Positions 1-14,108 of a stretch of DNA of 64,000 bases are shown here, piece after piece. Location: NCBI RefSeq assembly GCF_009914755.1, contig NC_060929.1; one strand, written 5' to 3'. Position 1 is the stretch's first letter. Each line of letters begins with the position of its first letter. The notes below the pieces were generated by a model, which did not search any database, was not told where the DNA came from, and saw only the letters and a program-made list of their open reading frames with translations. The DNA is from the human T2T-CHM13v2.0 reference genome, Homo sapiens. The position numbers were made by a program, and so were the translations under genes.

Positions 1-128
1 GAGGGGAAAAACAGATACTGGAGCTTACTTGAGGGAGAATGATGGGAGAAGGAAAAGGTTCAGAAAAAAAAAACCTGTGGGGTACTATGCTTAGTACCCA
101 GGTGATAATAATCTGTACACCAAAAAAA
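1..128 (+). mobile_element. L1 (L1PB/L1MA-like) 3' end
   Basis: gggtactatgcttagtaccc...aatctgtacacc followed by an A-run. Confidence 0.7.
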
Positions 129-470
129 TTGATTCTCAGAAATCTACATGCAGTTTGAAATGACATAAATGTCAAAATCATATTTTAAAAGACAAAAAAA
201 GTAAAAATTCTTTGTGTGTGTGTGTGCAGGCACATACATATACATACACTCACACACATAAGACAACGGAAGTGTCTTTTCAGTGGCCTATATCTCAAAT
301 TATACCATACAGGCTATATCTTCTTCACAAGTTTAAGAAGAATCCCTAATATAAAATGGAGATGAAAATCATAATTATTACATCCTATTTTAACCTCTGT
401 TCCTCTCATATCTGCATCTCTACCAAAGGGTGAAAAACATAAGAGGTGTAAGAGTGGACAAAAGAAAACA

Positions 471-898
471 CAGTTCACTTTTGAACAACACAGGCTTGAA
501 CTGTGTTGGTTCACTTATACATGAATTTTTTTCAACCCCTGCCGCCCCTGGGAAAGCAAAACCAACCCCTCCTCTTTCTCTCTTTTTCTTCCCCAGTCTA
601 CTCAATGTGAAGACAATAGGATGAAGATCTTTATGATGACCCACTTGCACTTAATGAATAGTAAATATGTTTTCTCCTCTTTATGATCTTCTTAACATTT
701 TCTTTTCTCTATCTTACTGTGTTGTAACAATACAGTATATAATACATATAAAAGAATATGTATTGACTATCAATAAGGCTTCCAGTCAACAGTAGGCTAT
801 AAGTAGTTAAGTTTTGGGAGAGTCAAAAGTTGCATGTGGATTTTTCACTGCACAGAGGGTCAGCATCCCTAACTCCCAAATTGTTCAAGGATCAACTG
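471..898 (+). mobile_element. Tigger2a/MER28-like DNA transposon
   Basis: Terminal inverted repeats cagttcacttttgaacaa / ttgttcaaggatcaactg; characteristic internal sequence. Confidence 0.8.
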
Positions 899-1107
899 TA
901 TTTTAAATTCTCCCTTCTAAAACAATTGTTTTCATCAAAGTTGCAACAAAGAAATAGAATGACTAGTTAAGAAAGAGGTAAAAATTAATAAGAAAAGAGG
1001 AAAGAAGCAAAATATAGACAAAAAGAATTATCATTAGTAATTTGCCACTCTGAGCGATAGCATTTCCAATTTTTAATGAGTATGTATTCAATCAACATGC
1101 TACACAC

Positions 1108-1217
1108 CTGTAATATTGTATCCTCGCTAAGAACAGGCATCATCTTATTTTTATTCATTTGCTCTTGCAGATCCTCTCTGAGCTTAAATCCAAGTTGAAT
1201 CTCAGGAGAAGGCATGC
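1108..1217 (-). CDS. ANKRD31: ANKRD31 coding exon 3 (MPSPEIQLGFKLREDLQEQMNKNKMMPVLSEDTILQ)
   Basis: 110 nt, acceptor TTTCACTCTAG|, donor CAG|GTGTGT; cumulative 288 nt = 96 codons; gene continues left of the window. Confidence 0.95.
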
Positions 1218-1331
1218 CTAGAGTGAAACATAATCATAAATCATTTACAACAGTTTTATTGCTCTGCTTTGATAATGGCCCAATAATTTTATACGCATGC
1301 AAAATGTTATCAAGAATCATCTAGTATATTA

Positions 1332-2085
1332 TTTCTTTTTTCATTTCTTCTAAAAAAAAACGAGATATATGTGCAGAACGTGCAGGTTTGTTACATAGGT
1401 ATACGTGTGCCATGGTGGTTTGCTGCACCTATTGATGCGTCCTCTAAGTTCTCTCCCCTCACCCCCCAACCCCCAACAGGCCCTGGTGTGTGTTGTTCCT
1501 CTCTCTGTGTCCATGTGTTCTCAACGTTCAACTCCTGTTTATGAGTGAGAACATGCAGTGTTTGGTTTTCTGTTCCTGTGTTAGTTTGCTGAGGATGATG
1601 GCTTCCAGCTTCATCCATGTCCCTGCAAAGGACATGATCTCATTCCTTTTTGTGGCTGCATAGTATTTCATGGTGTATATGTACCATACTTTCTTTATCC
1701 ATTGATAGGCATTTGGGCTGGTTCCATGTCTTTGCTATTGTAAATAGTGCTGCAGTAAACATACATGTGCATGTGTCTTTATAGTACAATGACTTATAAT
1801 CCTTTGGGTTTATACCCAGTAATGGGATTGCTGGGTCAAATGGTATTTCTAGTTCTAGATACTTGAGGAATCCCTGTACTGTCTTCCACAATGGTTGAAC
1901 TAATTTACATTCGCACCAACAGTGTAAAAGCATTCCTATTTCTTCACAGCCTTGACAGCATCTATTGTTTCCTGACTTTTTAATAATCACCATTCTGACA
2001 GGCATGAGATGGTATCTCCTTGTGGTTTTAATTTGCATTTCTCTGATGATCAGTGATGTTGAGCTTTTTTTCATATGTTTGTGGC
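1332..2085 (-). mobile_element. 5'-truncated L1PA (L1PA8-like) 3' end
   Basis: ORF2 C-terminus ([24 protein letters not shown]), 3'UTR and poly-T on the + strand. Confidence 0.9.
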
Positions 2086-2535
2086 ATATTACAATTTCTT
2101 AACTGCCACTTTTATGTGTTAATATTTTTCAATTATTAAGAGGAAACACATATACTACACTGAATGAAATAATACTTGATATTTATTTGTCTCAGGATGA
2201 ATAAAGGCAATCAATATGCATAGAAAGTACATAGACTTAAACACCACTAGAATAATTTAAAAATTCCTTTTTAAATTCATTTTAGATTGTTTTTTTGAAA
2301 CTCATAATACTAGTACATAGTCCAAAAAAGCCACAGTTTTTGTTTCCAAAATGGCAAACTGAGCCCATATTTTTTAACCTTCCAAGTTCATAGAAAAATA
2401 TGCAAAGAAATTACTAGATTTTTGGTTTTTGAAAATCTGAAGCAACAATGGAAAGGAAAGGAATATAGAAATATACCCCCTATAGATCAAAAGATGGGAA
2501 TGGATTCAAGGAAACCCAAACAGTAGTAAACAGCT

Positions 2536-2940
2536 TGTTATCGACTGAATGTCTGTGCACACCCGCCCCAGCCAAATTCATATGCTGATGCCCTAACCGC
2601 CAATGTGATGATATTAGAAGGTAAGATCTTTGGGAGGTAGTTGGGTTTAGATGAGGTATTGAGGGTGAAGCCCTCATAATCCCTCCTGAGATTAATATCC
2701 TTATAAAAAGAGAGAGAAAAACCAGAGCTCTCTCTCCCTGAGCACAAAGAGGAGGTCACGTGAGCACACAGCAATGTAGCAGCCATCCGCACAATCCAGG
2801 AAGAGGGTCCTCACCTAGAACCAATCTGCCAGCACCTTGATTTTGGATTTCTCATCCTCCAGAACTGTGAAAAATAAATATCTATAGATCAAACCATCCA
2901 GTCTATAGTTTTGTTATAGCAGCCCCAACTGACTAAGACA
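2536..2940 (+). mobile_element. ERVL-MaLR solo LTR (MLT1A/B-like)
   Basis: TG...CA ends (gactaagaca), 5-bp TSD CAGCT at 2531-2535 and 2941-2945. Confidence 0.88.
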
Positions 2941-2984
2941 CAGCTTATCACACAACACAGGAAAAGGAAGAGATCTCTCAGAAA

Positions 2985-2987
<3 letters not shown>

Positions 2988-3040
<53 letters not shown>
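2988..3040. repeat. (TA)n microsatellite
   Basis: Directly visible. Confidence 0.95.
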
Positions 3041-3043
<3 letters not shown>

Positions 3044-3179
3044 TTCTTCCATTAGAATTCCAGAAAACCACCCAGTTCAGAGAAAATCCCACTAACAAAA
3101 GTTGGAAGAAGGTAAATTGGAAGAACACTGTGATTAAAGTGTCATACTGCATTGAGCTTGCTGTTTGTACCAAAGAAAC

Positions 3180-4185
3180 TTAGGATGAATGCTGTGGCCA
3201 ATTACTCTGTATAACAGGATATCTTCCCTACCATACATAGAAATATATTATACTAAAGCTAAGGATGATAAAATAATGTAGTGATGAAAAAGTCACAGAA
3301 ATAGTCTAATAGGTCAATGAAACAAAACAATGAGTAGAAAATGGACATACACACACACATATATATGGAAATTTAATATATGACAATGGTATTTTAAACC
3401 GGGGCAACAAGATGGATTATTCAATAAATGATATTAGGAAAATTGGTTAACCATTTCAAAAAAATAAAGTTTGAGCCCTACCTTTCCCATATGCCAAAAT
3501 ATTCCAAACATTAAAAATATAAAAGCTATAAATATAATCAATGGAAATAAAGATTAAAAATGTATCTTTATGGTTTTGAGGTCACTGAAGTATTTCTAAG
3601 TCTGATAGAGAAAGAAGAAACCCTAAAAGAGAAGACCAACAGCTTTTACTACACAAAAACTTAAAATTTCTTCACTGCAAAATATATCATGAATAATATT
3701 AAAAGATAACCAGAAAACTGGGTAAAACTATTCACAATATATATGACAAAGATTTGCTATCTTTAATATAGAAAATGCTCTTACAAATCAATAATAAAAT
3801 GAAAATAATTTGGAGACAGATGCAGGCAATTCAGACACAAAAAATAATTATGAATTATCTATATTAAAATAGGCCTAACACTGGTATTCCTTGAAAATGC
3901 AAACTAAATCAGATACTTTTTATTTGACACAGACTGAATTATTTGCTGCGTTGGTTGTAGGGAGAAGGAGACATCTTTTTTGGGGGAAATATATGTCAAG
4001 AGCTGAGCACAAAGTTTTAGATAGTTATTCTAAGGAAAAAATCAGAAAAGCAGGCAAAGGTATAAGTATTAATATTTTCATATTTTGTAATAGTATTGAA
4101 AAACATTAAGTATCATTAATTCATTAAATAGGGTACATTCATACAATGGAATAATACATAGCAATGTAAAAGGATGAGGTAGACT
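3180..4185 (+). mobile_element. Ancient L1M ORF2/3' fragments
   Basis: Degenerate L1 phrases (ttattcaataaatgatattagg, atacaatggaataat). Confidence 0.6.
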
Positions 4186-4539
4186 CCAACGTGGACCTAG
4201 TATCTCTTTTGTATACCAGCAGCTGGAGAGACTCCGATGACCGCAGTGGTCAACAAAATCCCCAAGGACTTTTTGTTGACCAAGGAGTCAATACTAAGAA
4301 CAATGACCATATTAATTTGAAAATAGTAGGCAGGATGGTCATACAGTACAGTTTAGGATTAGGAGTCATACACCACTTAGTAAACTAATGAAAGCCTATT
4401 GTGAATGACAGGGTTTGTCAATGAGACAGATCAGATTCCAATTTGACAGGCAACCAATAACACAAACACAAATGGTGGATGAAGATACAAGTGATGTGTT
4501 CCAAGAGCAGATAGGAGGTGTCTACTTAAAAGAAAACCT

Positions 4540-6433
4540 AAGATTCTCACATGTGGTTTCATGTCAGACCCAGCACATTGACAGCTGTGGTGGCTATGGT
4601 GAGAAAGGTGCAGAAGGCCTTCTGCTTGAGAAAGGTAGAGGGAAAAGTAAAGGGGACTTTGTCTTACACCTTAGGTGTGAGTTCAGCCACAATGGGTAGA
4701 GCACCAGGCAGCCTTTTGGGATCACTGATTCAATAAGGCCTTGAACAGCATTTCTGGACCTGCCCTGGGCCACAGGGGAGCCCACTGCTCTGAAGGGTGG
4801 GTTCCAGACCTGATAGCATTCACCACAAGCTGACTGAAGAGCCCTAGGGCATTAAGTGAACACTGGCAGTAGCCTGGCAGTATTCCTCTTGGGCCTATGG
4901 TAGTGATGGCCATGGGGTGAGGCTCTCCTACCTATGGAAACGGGAAGGAACGGTGGGAAGGACTGTGTCTCATGGTTTGAGTGCCAGCTCAGCCACAGTA
5001 GAATAGAATACCACGTAAATTTCTAAGGTTTTTGATTCCCATCTCTGGCTCCCAGACAACATCTCTAGACCTGCCCGAGGATTTGGGGAGCTCACTGTAC
5101 TGAAGGGAAGGACACAAGCCTGGCTGGTTTTGTTACCTGCTGATTGTAGAGCTGTAGTGAACATAGGTGGTAGCCAGGTAATGGCTACAGCAGGCCTTGG
5201 GCAAGACTCAGTACCGTGCTGGGTTCAGGTCTGACCCAGTGGTGGTGGCTATAGGGGTACTCCACGTCTGTCCCAGTGGTGGTAGCCACAGGAGTACTTT
5301 AGGTCTGTCCCAGTGGTGGACAGTATTACCCTGATACCACAGAATGGTAGAAAGTATTTGCAAACTATCCATGTGACAAGGAATTAATAGCCAGAATACC
5401 TAAGGAGCTCGAACAACTTTATAGGAAAAAAAATATAATAATCAGATTTTAAAATGGGCAAAAGATCTGAACACACATGTCTCAAAAGAAGACATACAAA
5501 TGGCAAACAGATATATGAAAAGGTACTCAACATCATGGATCATTGGAGAAATACAAATCAAAACTACAATGAAATATCATCTGACTCCAGTTACAAATGG
5601 CCTTTATGCAAACAACAGGCAATAACAAATGCTGGTGAAGATGTGGAGAAAAGTGAACCATCACACACTGTTGGTGGGAATGTAAATTAGTACAATCACT
5701 GTGGAGAATAGTTTGGCAATCCCTCACAGAAAAAGAAATACAGCTACCATACAATCCAGCAATCCCACTCCTAGGTATTTGGGATTTTCCTTTCCAAAAG
5801 AAAGAAAATTGGTATATCAAAGAGATATCTGCACTCCCACGGTTTTTTTTTTAGCACTATCCACAATAACCAAGATTTGCAAGCAACCTAAGTGTCCATC
5901 AACAGATGAATGGATAAAGGAAATGTGATATATATACACAGTGGAGTACTATTCAGCCATGAAAAAGAATGAGATTCTGTCATTTGCAACATGGATGGAA
6001 CTGCAGGTCATAAGTGAAATAAGCCAGGAACAAAAATACAAACTTCACATGTTCTCATTTATTTGTGGGAGCCAAAATCACAACAATTGAACTCATGGAG
6101 ATAAGGAGTAGAAGGATGGTTACCAGAGACTGGGAAAAATATTGCGGGCTGAGAAGGATGTAGGGATGGTTAATGGGCACAAAAAAATAGAAAGAATGAA
6201 TAAGACCTACTGTTTGCTAGCACAACAGAGTGAGTATAGTCAAAATTAATTAATTGTACATTGTAAAATAATAAAATATAATTGGATTGTTTGAAACATA
6301 AAGGATAAATGCTTAAAGTGATGGATATCCCATTTACCCTGATGTGATTATCATGCCTAAATATCTCATATACCCCATAAATATATACACCTACTATGTA
6401 CCCACAAATTTAAAAATTAAAAATTAAAAAAAG
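4540..6433 (+). mobile_element. Internally deleted L1MA-type element (5'UTR joined to 3' end)
   Basis: TSD AAAGAAAACCT at 4529-4539 and 6434-6444; 5' part resembles 62040-62900; L1MA 3' end with A tail. Confidence 0.85.
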
Positions 6434-6578
6434 AAAGAAAACCTGCTACTTGACTCCGTAACTCCATTTTTACAGACCAGAAATACATTCTCAACTAGAA
6501 AACAATTTCATTCTACCATATCCTAATATAGCATAGTTTTCTTTATTCTTTCATTTTCCCTTCTCTATTCCTTTACTG

Positions 6579-6916
6579 CAGAGGTCCCCAATCCCTGGAC
6601 CACGGACCAGTACCCATCCGTGGCCTGTTATGAACCAGGCTGCACCGCAGAAGGTAAGCAGCAGGCAAGCCAGCATTATCACCTGAGCTCCACCTCCTGT
6701 CTGATCAGCAGCAGCATCAGATTCTCATAGGAGTGCAAACCCTACTGTTAACTGCACATGTGAGGGATCAAGGTTGCACACTCCTTATAAGACTCTAATG
6801 CCTGATGACCTGAGATGGAACAGTTTCATCCTGAAACCATACCCCCAACCGCCATCCTGGGAAAAATTATCTTCCATGAAACTGGTCCCTGGTGCCAAAA
6901 AGGTTGGGGACCGCTG
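6579..6916 (+). mobile_element. MER1B (hAT-Charlie) DNA transposon
   Basis: TIRs cagaggtcccca / tggggaccgctg; perfect 8-bp TSD CTTTACTG at 6571-6578 and 6917-6924. Confidence 0.9.
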
Positions 6917-8407
6917 CTTTACTGCACATAAAGTAACTAGTGTATGTACACAAACATATTGCATTCTTTTGTTTTACTATATGGCCATTGAAAGGTTTTG
7001 ATTGACATCAAATGAAGTTGGGATGGGAAAAAAACCCTGGTTCTGTGAAAATACCCACTTTCTCCATTAGTAGCATGCTCACTCAGCTCTTACCTTTATA
7101 ATTCAGTAAGTTATTTTGCTCTATTTTAACACAAAAAATAACAACATAAAAATCCTTGCATGCCTTGTTTGACTGGAGAATTTTAATGTTTTTCATTTAT
7201 CGTTGCAAAACCAAGGACAATTTTATAACTTTTTTTGTATGTAGCTGTTGAATGTAGAACAATCTGTCATTTAGTAGAAATAAATGAGTCTAAAAAATGA
7301 TTGCTAGGTAGTTTTCCTTTTGAATCATGGATCTTGGGCTTAAATAAACTTCTTTAACATGAAAGTAAATAAACAAAAGGTTGAAGTAAATAAATATAGA
7401 CAAGGAAAAAAATGTAGAATATGATACCAATTATGAAAAAAAGATATTTATAGTGGCATACAAAAGATTAGAAGGATATATAAATACTAAAGACTGGCAA
7501 TCATTGGGAGTAGAATTATAGGGAAGAGTAAGGAACATGACCTTTCATTTTCTACATGATATAATTTTATATTTTAATATTTTTAATAACCAGCGACATA
7601 GTAAAGATTTATCCATTTGGAAAAGAAAATAAAAAAACTTGGTTGGAATATTGAAACAGACCTCTAACTCCTTTCTAGTGGTACTTTATATATCATAAGA
7701 AGGCATCCTGGAGATCAATATTACACACTGTCCCTTCCAATTACATGTGAGAAAATGCATTCCAAGATGAAACTGTAACTTCCCACTTAGGTATCAGGTG
7801 AGATGATGTACAGTGAAAAGACTGTGAACCATAAATACACAAAAGTTAGAAAACCTTCGTGGGTGTTTAGGAATTTTTTTTTCTATTTCACACTTATTTC
7901 CAGACATCCTCCAAAAAAAGATTTTTTTAAAGGCTCACAGGAAGAAATCATAAAGAGAAACAACCTACCATTTAAACAACTACTGCAGAATTGGTTCTTT
8001 CTGAACAGTGACTATCAGTGATAGATTTTTCTAGAAATGTTTAAATCAACCTAGAAGTGGCCTCAGGATGTTTGGTGAATTGGTAGAAGAAAGGCACGTT
8101 TACAATGCATATTTACTAAGGATGTGTATGCCCTAATTTTAATCTGGAAAAATAAGACTGGTTATTAAAAAGTATTATTTACTTTTACAAATAGACGGGT
8201 TCTAGGGCTAGGCTAGAGATTTGGAAGAGGAAAAAGGCTATATGGGTGGCACTTCAATACCTCCGTTGCCCTTTCTAGGAATCTTAAGCATCTTCTGGAA
8301 GCTATGATCCCCAGTGCTGTCGCTAGTCTAACAGACCCTAATAAACTAAGTCTGTGTAAAATTAAGGAACAAGACAGGATGAAAAGAGAAGTTAATGAAA
8401 TGGTAAT

Positions 8408-9377
<970 letters not shown>

Positions 9378-9418
9378 GGAAACTAAAGGGACTACTTAAT
9401 GAAAAGAATCATTCTCAC

Positions 9419-9492
9419 CTTTGCACATTCCTCTTGTATCAGGATGCAGACTGAACTCAGATTTAAGAGATGCGTCTTGATCAAACAGCAAC
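9419..9492 (-). CDS. ANKRD31: ANKRD31 coding exon 2 (LLFDQDASLKSEFSLHPDTRGMCK|G)
   Basis: 74 nt, acceptor ...TTTGAAAG|, donor AAG|GTGAGA; phase joins exon 1 (phase 2) to exon 3 (phase 1) in frame. Confidence 0.95.
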
Positions 9493-9931
9493 CTTTCAAA
9501 TACCAAAAGGGAAGGCACAAGTTGTTAATGTGTCTTAAACAAAGACTAACATTTTACCCATCATTTTTATTATACCAAAACTTGCTAAAATTCTTAGTTA
9601 TACCACTATTAATGTTTCTATTTCAAAGTGTTATTCAGAAATGTACATTTTGATTGAAAACACATCCAAGATGAAAAATAAAGACTCATCATGTTAATTT
9701 TACAAATATTCTGTTATTATTTTTTAATATTTGGGAGTAAGGGACAAATATCGTTGTCTCTAGTCTAATAAACCTTAATAACTTTTTGAAAAGAGATAAA
9801 ATGAGATCATTTGAGGGACCAGTGCTGGTGGGTTTTTTCCCTTCACATTTCTCTATACCAGAGAACTTGAAATTAATATCCCAGGATTATATCTGAGTAT
9901 ATATTTTCATAGTATGCACTGACAGAATTCC

Positions 9932-10233
9932 TTTATTTATTTATTTATTTTGAGACACAGTCTCTCTCTGTCACCCAAGCTGTAGTGCAGTGGCATGAAC
10001 TTGGCTCACTTCAAACTCTGGGCTCAAGAGATCCTCCTGCCTCAGCCTCCCAAGTAGCTGGGACTACAGGTGTGCACCACCATGCCTGGCTATTTTTTTA
10101 ATTAATTTTTTTTTTTTTAGAGCCAGGGTCTTATCACTTTGCCCAGGCTGGTCTTGAACTCCTGAACTTAAATGATCCTGCCTTGACCTCCCAAAGTGCT
10201 GGGATTACAGGAATGAGCCACCACACCTGGCCC
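9932..10233 (-). mobile_element. AluJ
   Basis: Alu sequence; TSD cagaattccttta on both sides. Confidence 0.9.
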
Positions 10234-10609
10234 AGAATTCCTTTAATTTTTGGATTTACTTCTTACTATGTTCAAGGGAACATCACGTTAACAAAGAGAG
10301 AAGACACACAGTCCTTGCCCCCAAGAAGCTCCAAATCTAGTAAGGGATACAGAGCTATGAAAATAAGCATGATATGCCATGAGTATGCTATTAGGCAAAC
10401 TAAAATATTTATCTTTTCTATTTAAATGAGCAGAAAATGGACAAAAGACTTGAATAGACATTTCTGCAAAAACGAAATACAAATAGCCAACAAGTACACG
10501 AAACGAAAAGATGTTCATCATCACTAATCATAGGGGAAATGCAAATCAAAACCACGAAGATACCACTTCATACTCATTAGGATGGCTGTTTATGAAAAAT
10601 GAAAAATTA

Positions 10610-10760
10610 AGCCAGGTACTATCACTCACTGAGTAGCTGAGTAATCCCAGCTACTCAGGAGGCTGAAGCAGGAAGATGGCTTGAGGCCAGTTCAAGGCTG
10701 CAGTGAGCTATGATCAGGCCATTGCACTCCAGCCTAAGTGACAAAGTGAGACACTGTCTC

Positions 10761-10816
<56 letters not shown>
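10610..10816 (+). mobile_element. Alu monomer (FRAM-like) with (CA)n tail at 10764-10816
   Basis: Right-arm Alu sequence followed by a CA microsatellite. Confidence 0.85.
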
Positions 10817-10817
<1 letters not shown>

Positions 10818-11122
10818 CTTTCTAATAGTTCTCAGCATCAGAAAAGTTGGCAATGAAAAGGACTCTAATCCTTAACTTTTCTATTATAACACACCCTCTG
10901 TGAGAGTGAGTACAGGCTCCTGCTATAAGAAGAAAAGCATTTTCTTGGCTCTTTTCTACTGACCATTACTAAGGATCAAAAATGCATTATTAGAATATGA
11001 ATTATACCACAGCTATAGTGCATTTTTCCAAGAAGTAAACCATCTACTGATGTTCCTCCAAAAAGTAAAATTATCTATTAATGTCCCTAAAAGGGTAAGT
11101 TTATCTCTTAAAATGTTGTGAG

Positions 11123-11420
11123 GTTTTTTGTTTGTTTGTTTTTTTCTTTTCAGACACAGTCACTCTGTCACCCAGGCTGGAATGAAGTGGCACCATCTCA
11201 GCTCACTACAACCTCCACCGCCCAGGTTCAAGTGATCCTCCTGCCTCAGCCTCCCAAGTAGCTGAGATTACAAGTGCCTGCCATCAGGCCCAGCTAATTC
11301 TTGTATTTTTAGTAGACACAGGGTTTTACCATGTTGGCCAGGCTAGTCTCGAACTCCTGACCTTCAGGTCTCGACCTCCCTAAATGCTGGGATTACAGCT
11401 GTGAGCGACTGCACCCAACC
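11123..11420 (-). mobile_element. Alu
   Basis: Alu dimer, poly-T on the + strand. Confidence 0.9.
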
Positions 11421-11594
11421 AAATTTTGTGTGTTTTTTTTTTTTAATTTAAAAATAACACAAAAGGGGTATGGAAGAATTTTGGGGGATAATGACACTAT
11501 TCTATATCTTGATTGTGATAGTAGTTACACAATTATGTTTGTCAAAACTCAGAACCATACTCTTAAAAAGGTGAACTTTATGTAAATTCCTCCT

Positions 11595-12402
11595 TGAAGG
11601 GTGACAGAATATGCCACCCCAAAATAAGCCACTGTGACATACGGATTACTCTGAGCTAAAGGCAACTTGAAAAACAGCAGATGCTTCCCTTTTCCTTCTT
11701 GAAAACAGGAGATAAAAACTCCTATGTAAAAGATGCCCTCCCTGTAGAAGGAGAAAAGAAACATTTCTCAATAGCCAAGAGAATTCTGTACAAACAGATC
11801 TTGTTAAAATAATTCTTGTCTTCCTTTAGCCTCCCTACATAATTTAGTTACTTTTCCACAACTGCCTCTCTTTGTTTAACCCAATACAAAAGCACATAGG
11901 TTCTACCATTTCTTTTTTTAATTTTTTCTTTTCCTTTTTTTTTTTTGAGATGGGAGTCTTGCTGTGTTGTCCAGGCTGGAGTGCAGTGATATAATCGCAG
12001 CTTACTGCAACCTCCGCCTTCCAGGTTCAAGCGATTCTCCTGCCTCAGCCTCCTGAGTAGCTGGGACTACAGGTGCATGCCACCATGCCCGGTTAATTTT
12101 TGTATTTTTAATAGAGACAGGATTTCACCTTGTTGGCCAGGCTGGTCTCGAACTCCTGACCTCAAGTGATCTGCCCACCTCAGCCTCCCAAAGCACTGGG
12201 ATAACAGGCATCAGCTACCATGCCCAACCAGGTTTTGCCATTTCTTTGGGTCTTCATTTCCTTATGAGGACTCCTGTGTCCCATAAAACTTATTTTAAAT
12301 TTACATAAGTTTTAATATTTAAAGTATTTAATCTATTTCATATTTAATTCTTAGGCTTAACCAGGGCCCTATGAGGAGAAAGGCAGAATTTCTGCCCCTA
12401 CT
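11595..12402 (+). mobile_element. ERV1 solo LTR (MER34-like), interrupted by an Alu
   Basis: Begins tgaagggtgacagaatatgccacccc, ends ...ttctgcccctac. Confidence 0.65.
11912..12230 (-). mobile_element. AluS inside the LTR
   Basis: Alu dimer; degenerate TSD ggtt(ct/tt)(a/g)ccatttcttt. Confidence 0.92.
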
Positions 12403-12478
12403 AAAATCTTAATTAAAAATAAAAAACTAATATAAATATGTTAATATTCTAATATGTAAACGTAAAAATTTAACATTA

Positions 12479-12794
<316 letters not shown>

Positions 12795-13249
12795 TAGTCC
12801 AGATTCTTTCCTAAGGAAATTATTTTTAAAAACCCCAACAATTTATGCTTAAGGAAATTATCTCAGAGTTATTTGCAATAACAAAAAATTAAAAACAAAC
12901 TAAATGTTTTGTTTTAAAATCATATAATGCTTCAACAAATTATCCCTTTATGACAGAAAACTATCAATAATTTAGGGAAGAATTTTAATGACATTGCAAA
13001 TGTTTAAAAATAATGTTAAGCGAAAACTGTAAACTTGTACAAATTGATTCAAACTTTGTAAAAGAATTATAGGTGCACACACAAAAGCCTACATAGAAAG
13101 CTGGAAGAAAATATACCAAAGTCTTAATACAAGTAGAATTAGGTCAGATTTCTATCTCATTCATGCTTCTTTTTATTGCTCATGTTTCCTATAGTGTTCC
13201 TGAATAGACAATATATTTATATGGTTCAAAATTCAAAAACCAGTATAGA

Positions 13250-13410
13250 CTAGCCCTGATTACTCATGCTCATAGTCCTCACTACTCAGGGAGCTGAGGC
13301 AGGAAGATCACTTCAGCCTAGGAGTTAGAGGCTTCAGTGAGCTATGACTGCACTATTGCATTCCAGACTGGACAATAGTGTAAGATCCAGTCTCCAAAAC
13401 AAACAATATA
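13250..13410 (+). mobile_element. Old Alu monomer (FAM/FRAM-like)
   Basis: Degenerate monomer. Confidence 0.7.
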
Positions 13411-14108
13411 ATAGGGTATGTAGTAAAATATCTCTCTGTCCCCTCAAATATAAGCTTTCTTTCCCACAGGCAACCAAGGTGTTTGATTGTTTTGTAATTC
13501 TTTCAGAGATATTTTCTAAGTGTATATATGTTGGAAGACAGAGGTAACACTATTTTCTAAAAACAGAAGCACTGTGTCAAAGAGTATATGTGTTTGTAAT
13601 CTTGATAATTGAAATTTTTTGAGTTTTGTATTATAATTATATCTTTCTTCCTCTACAGTTATAAAAGAATCCCTTTTTGGCTTCTTGTAATACTTTTTGG
13701 TTTTTTTTTAACATTTACATCTTTGATTCATATGGAATTTTTTTGGAGTACAGTGTGAAATATGGATTCAACTAAACTATTTTCTACATACATCCTTCAT
13801 CATCCCAATATCATTTTTTGAAAAATCCCATCATTTCCTCGCTGGTTTGAGATGCCACCTCTGTAATACACTAAATTCCCATATGTATGTGATTCTATTT
13901 TGGGGGTTTTTATGCTGTTTATTGATCTGTCACTTTATGTGCCAGTATCATATTTAAAATATTTTATATCAGAAAATATTTTAATATCCTATAGGTCATT
14001 ACCTCCTTATTGTTCTTATTTTTCAGACTTTTCCTAATTGCTCTTATTTATTTTACGATATAAACTTTGGAATCAGTTGTCTAGTTCAACAGAAAGTCTT
14101 GCTGGTAC

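Larger units (their letters stand above)
4190..7360 (+). pseudogene. SUMO2 processed pseudogene in three pieces (4190-4539, 6434-6578, 6917-~7360)
   Basis: Intronless degraded [48 protein letters not shown]; ATG lost, frameshifts and a stop; downstream pieces match the recalled SUMO2 3'UTR up to AATAAA ~7342. Confidence 0.92.

Noticed and set aside
985-1215. 76-aa ORF starting MPSPEIQ as a standalone gene
   Set aside because: It is ANKRD31 exon 3 read through its donor site into intron
4191-4699. ORFs with SUMO-like peptide as a functional SUMO gene
   Set aside because: Start codon lost, frameshifts, in-frame TGA, internal deletion, and read-through into L1
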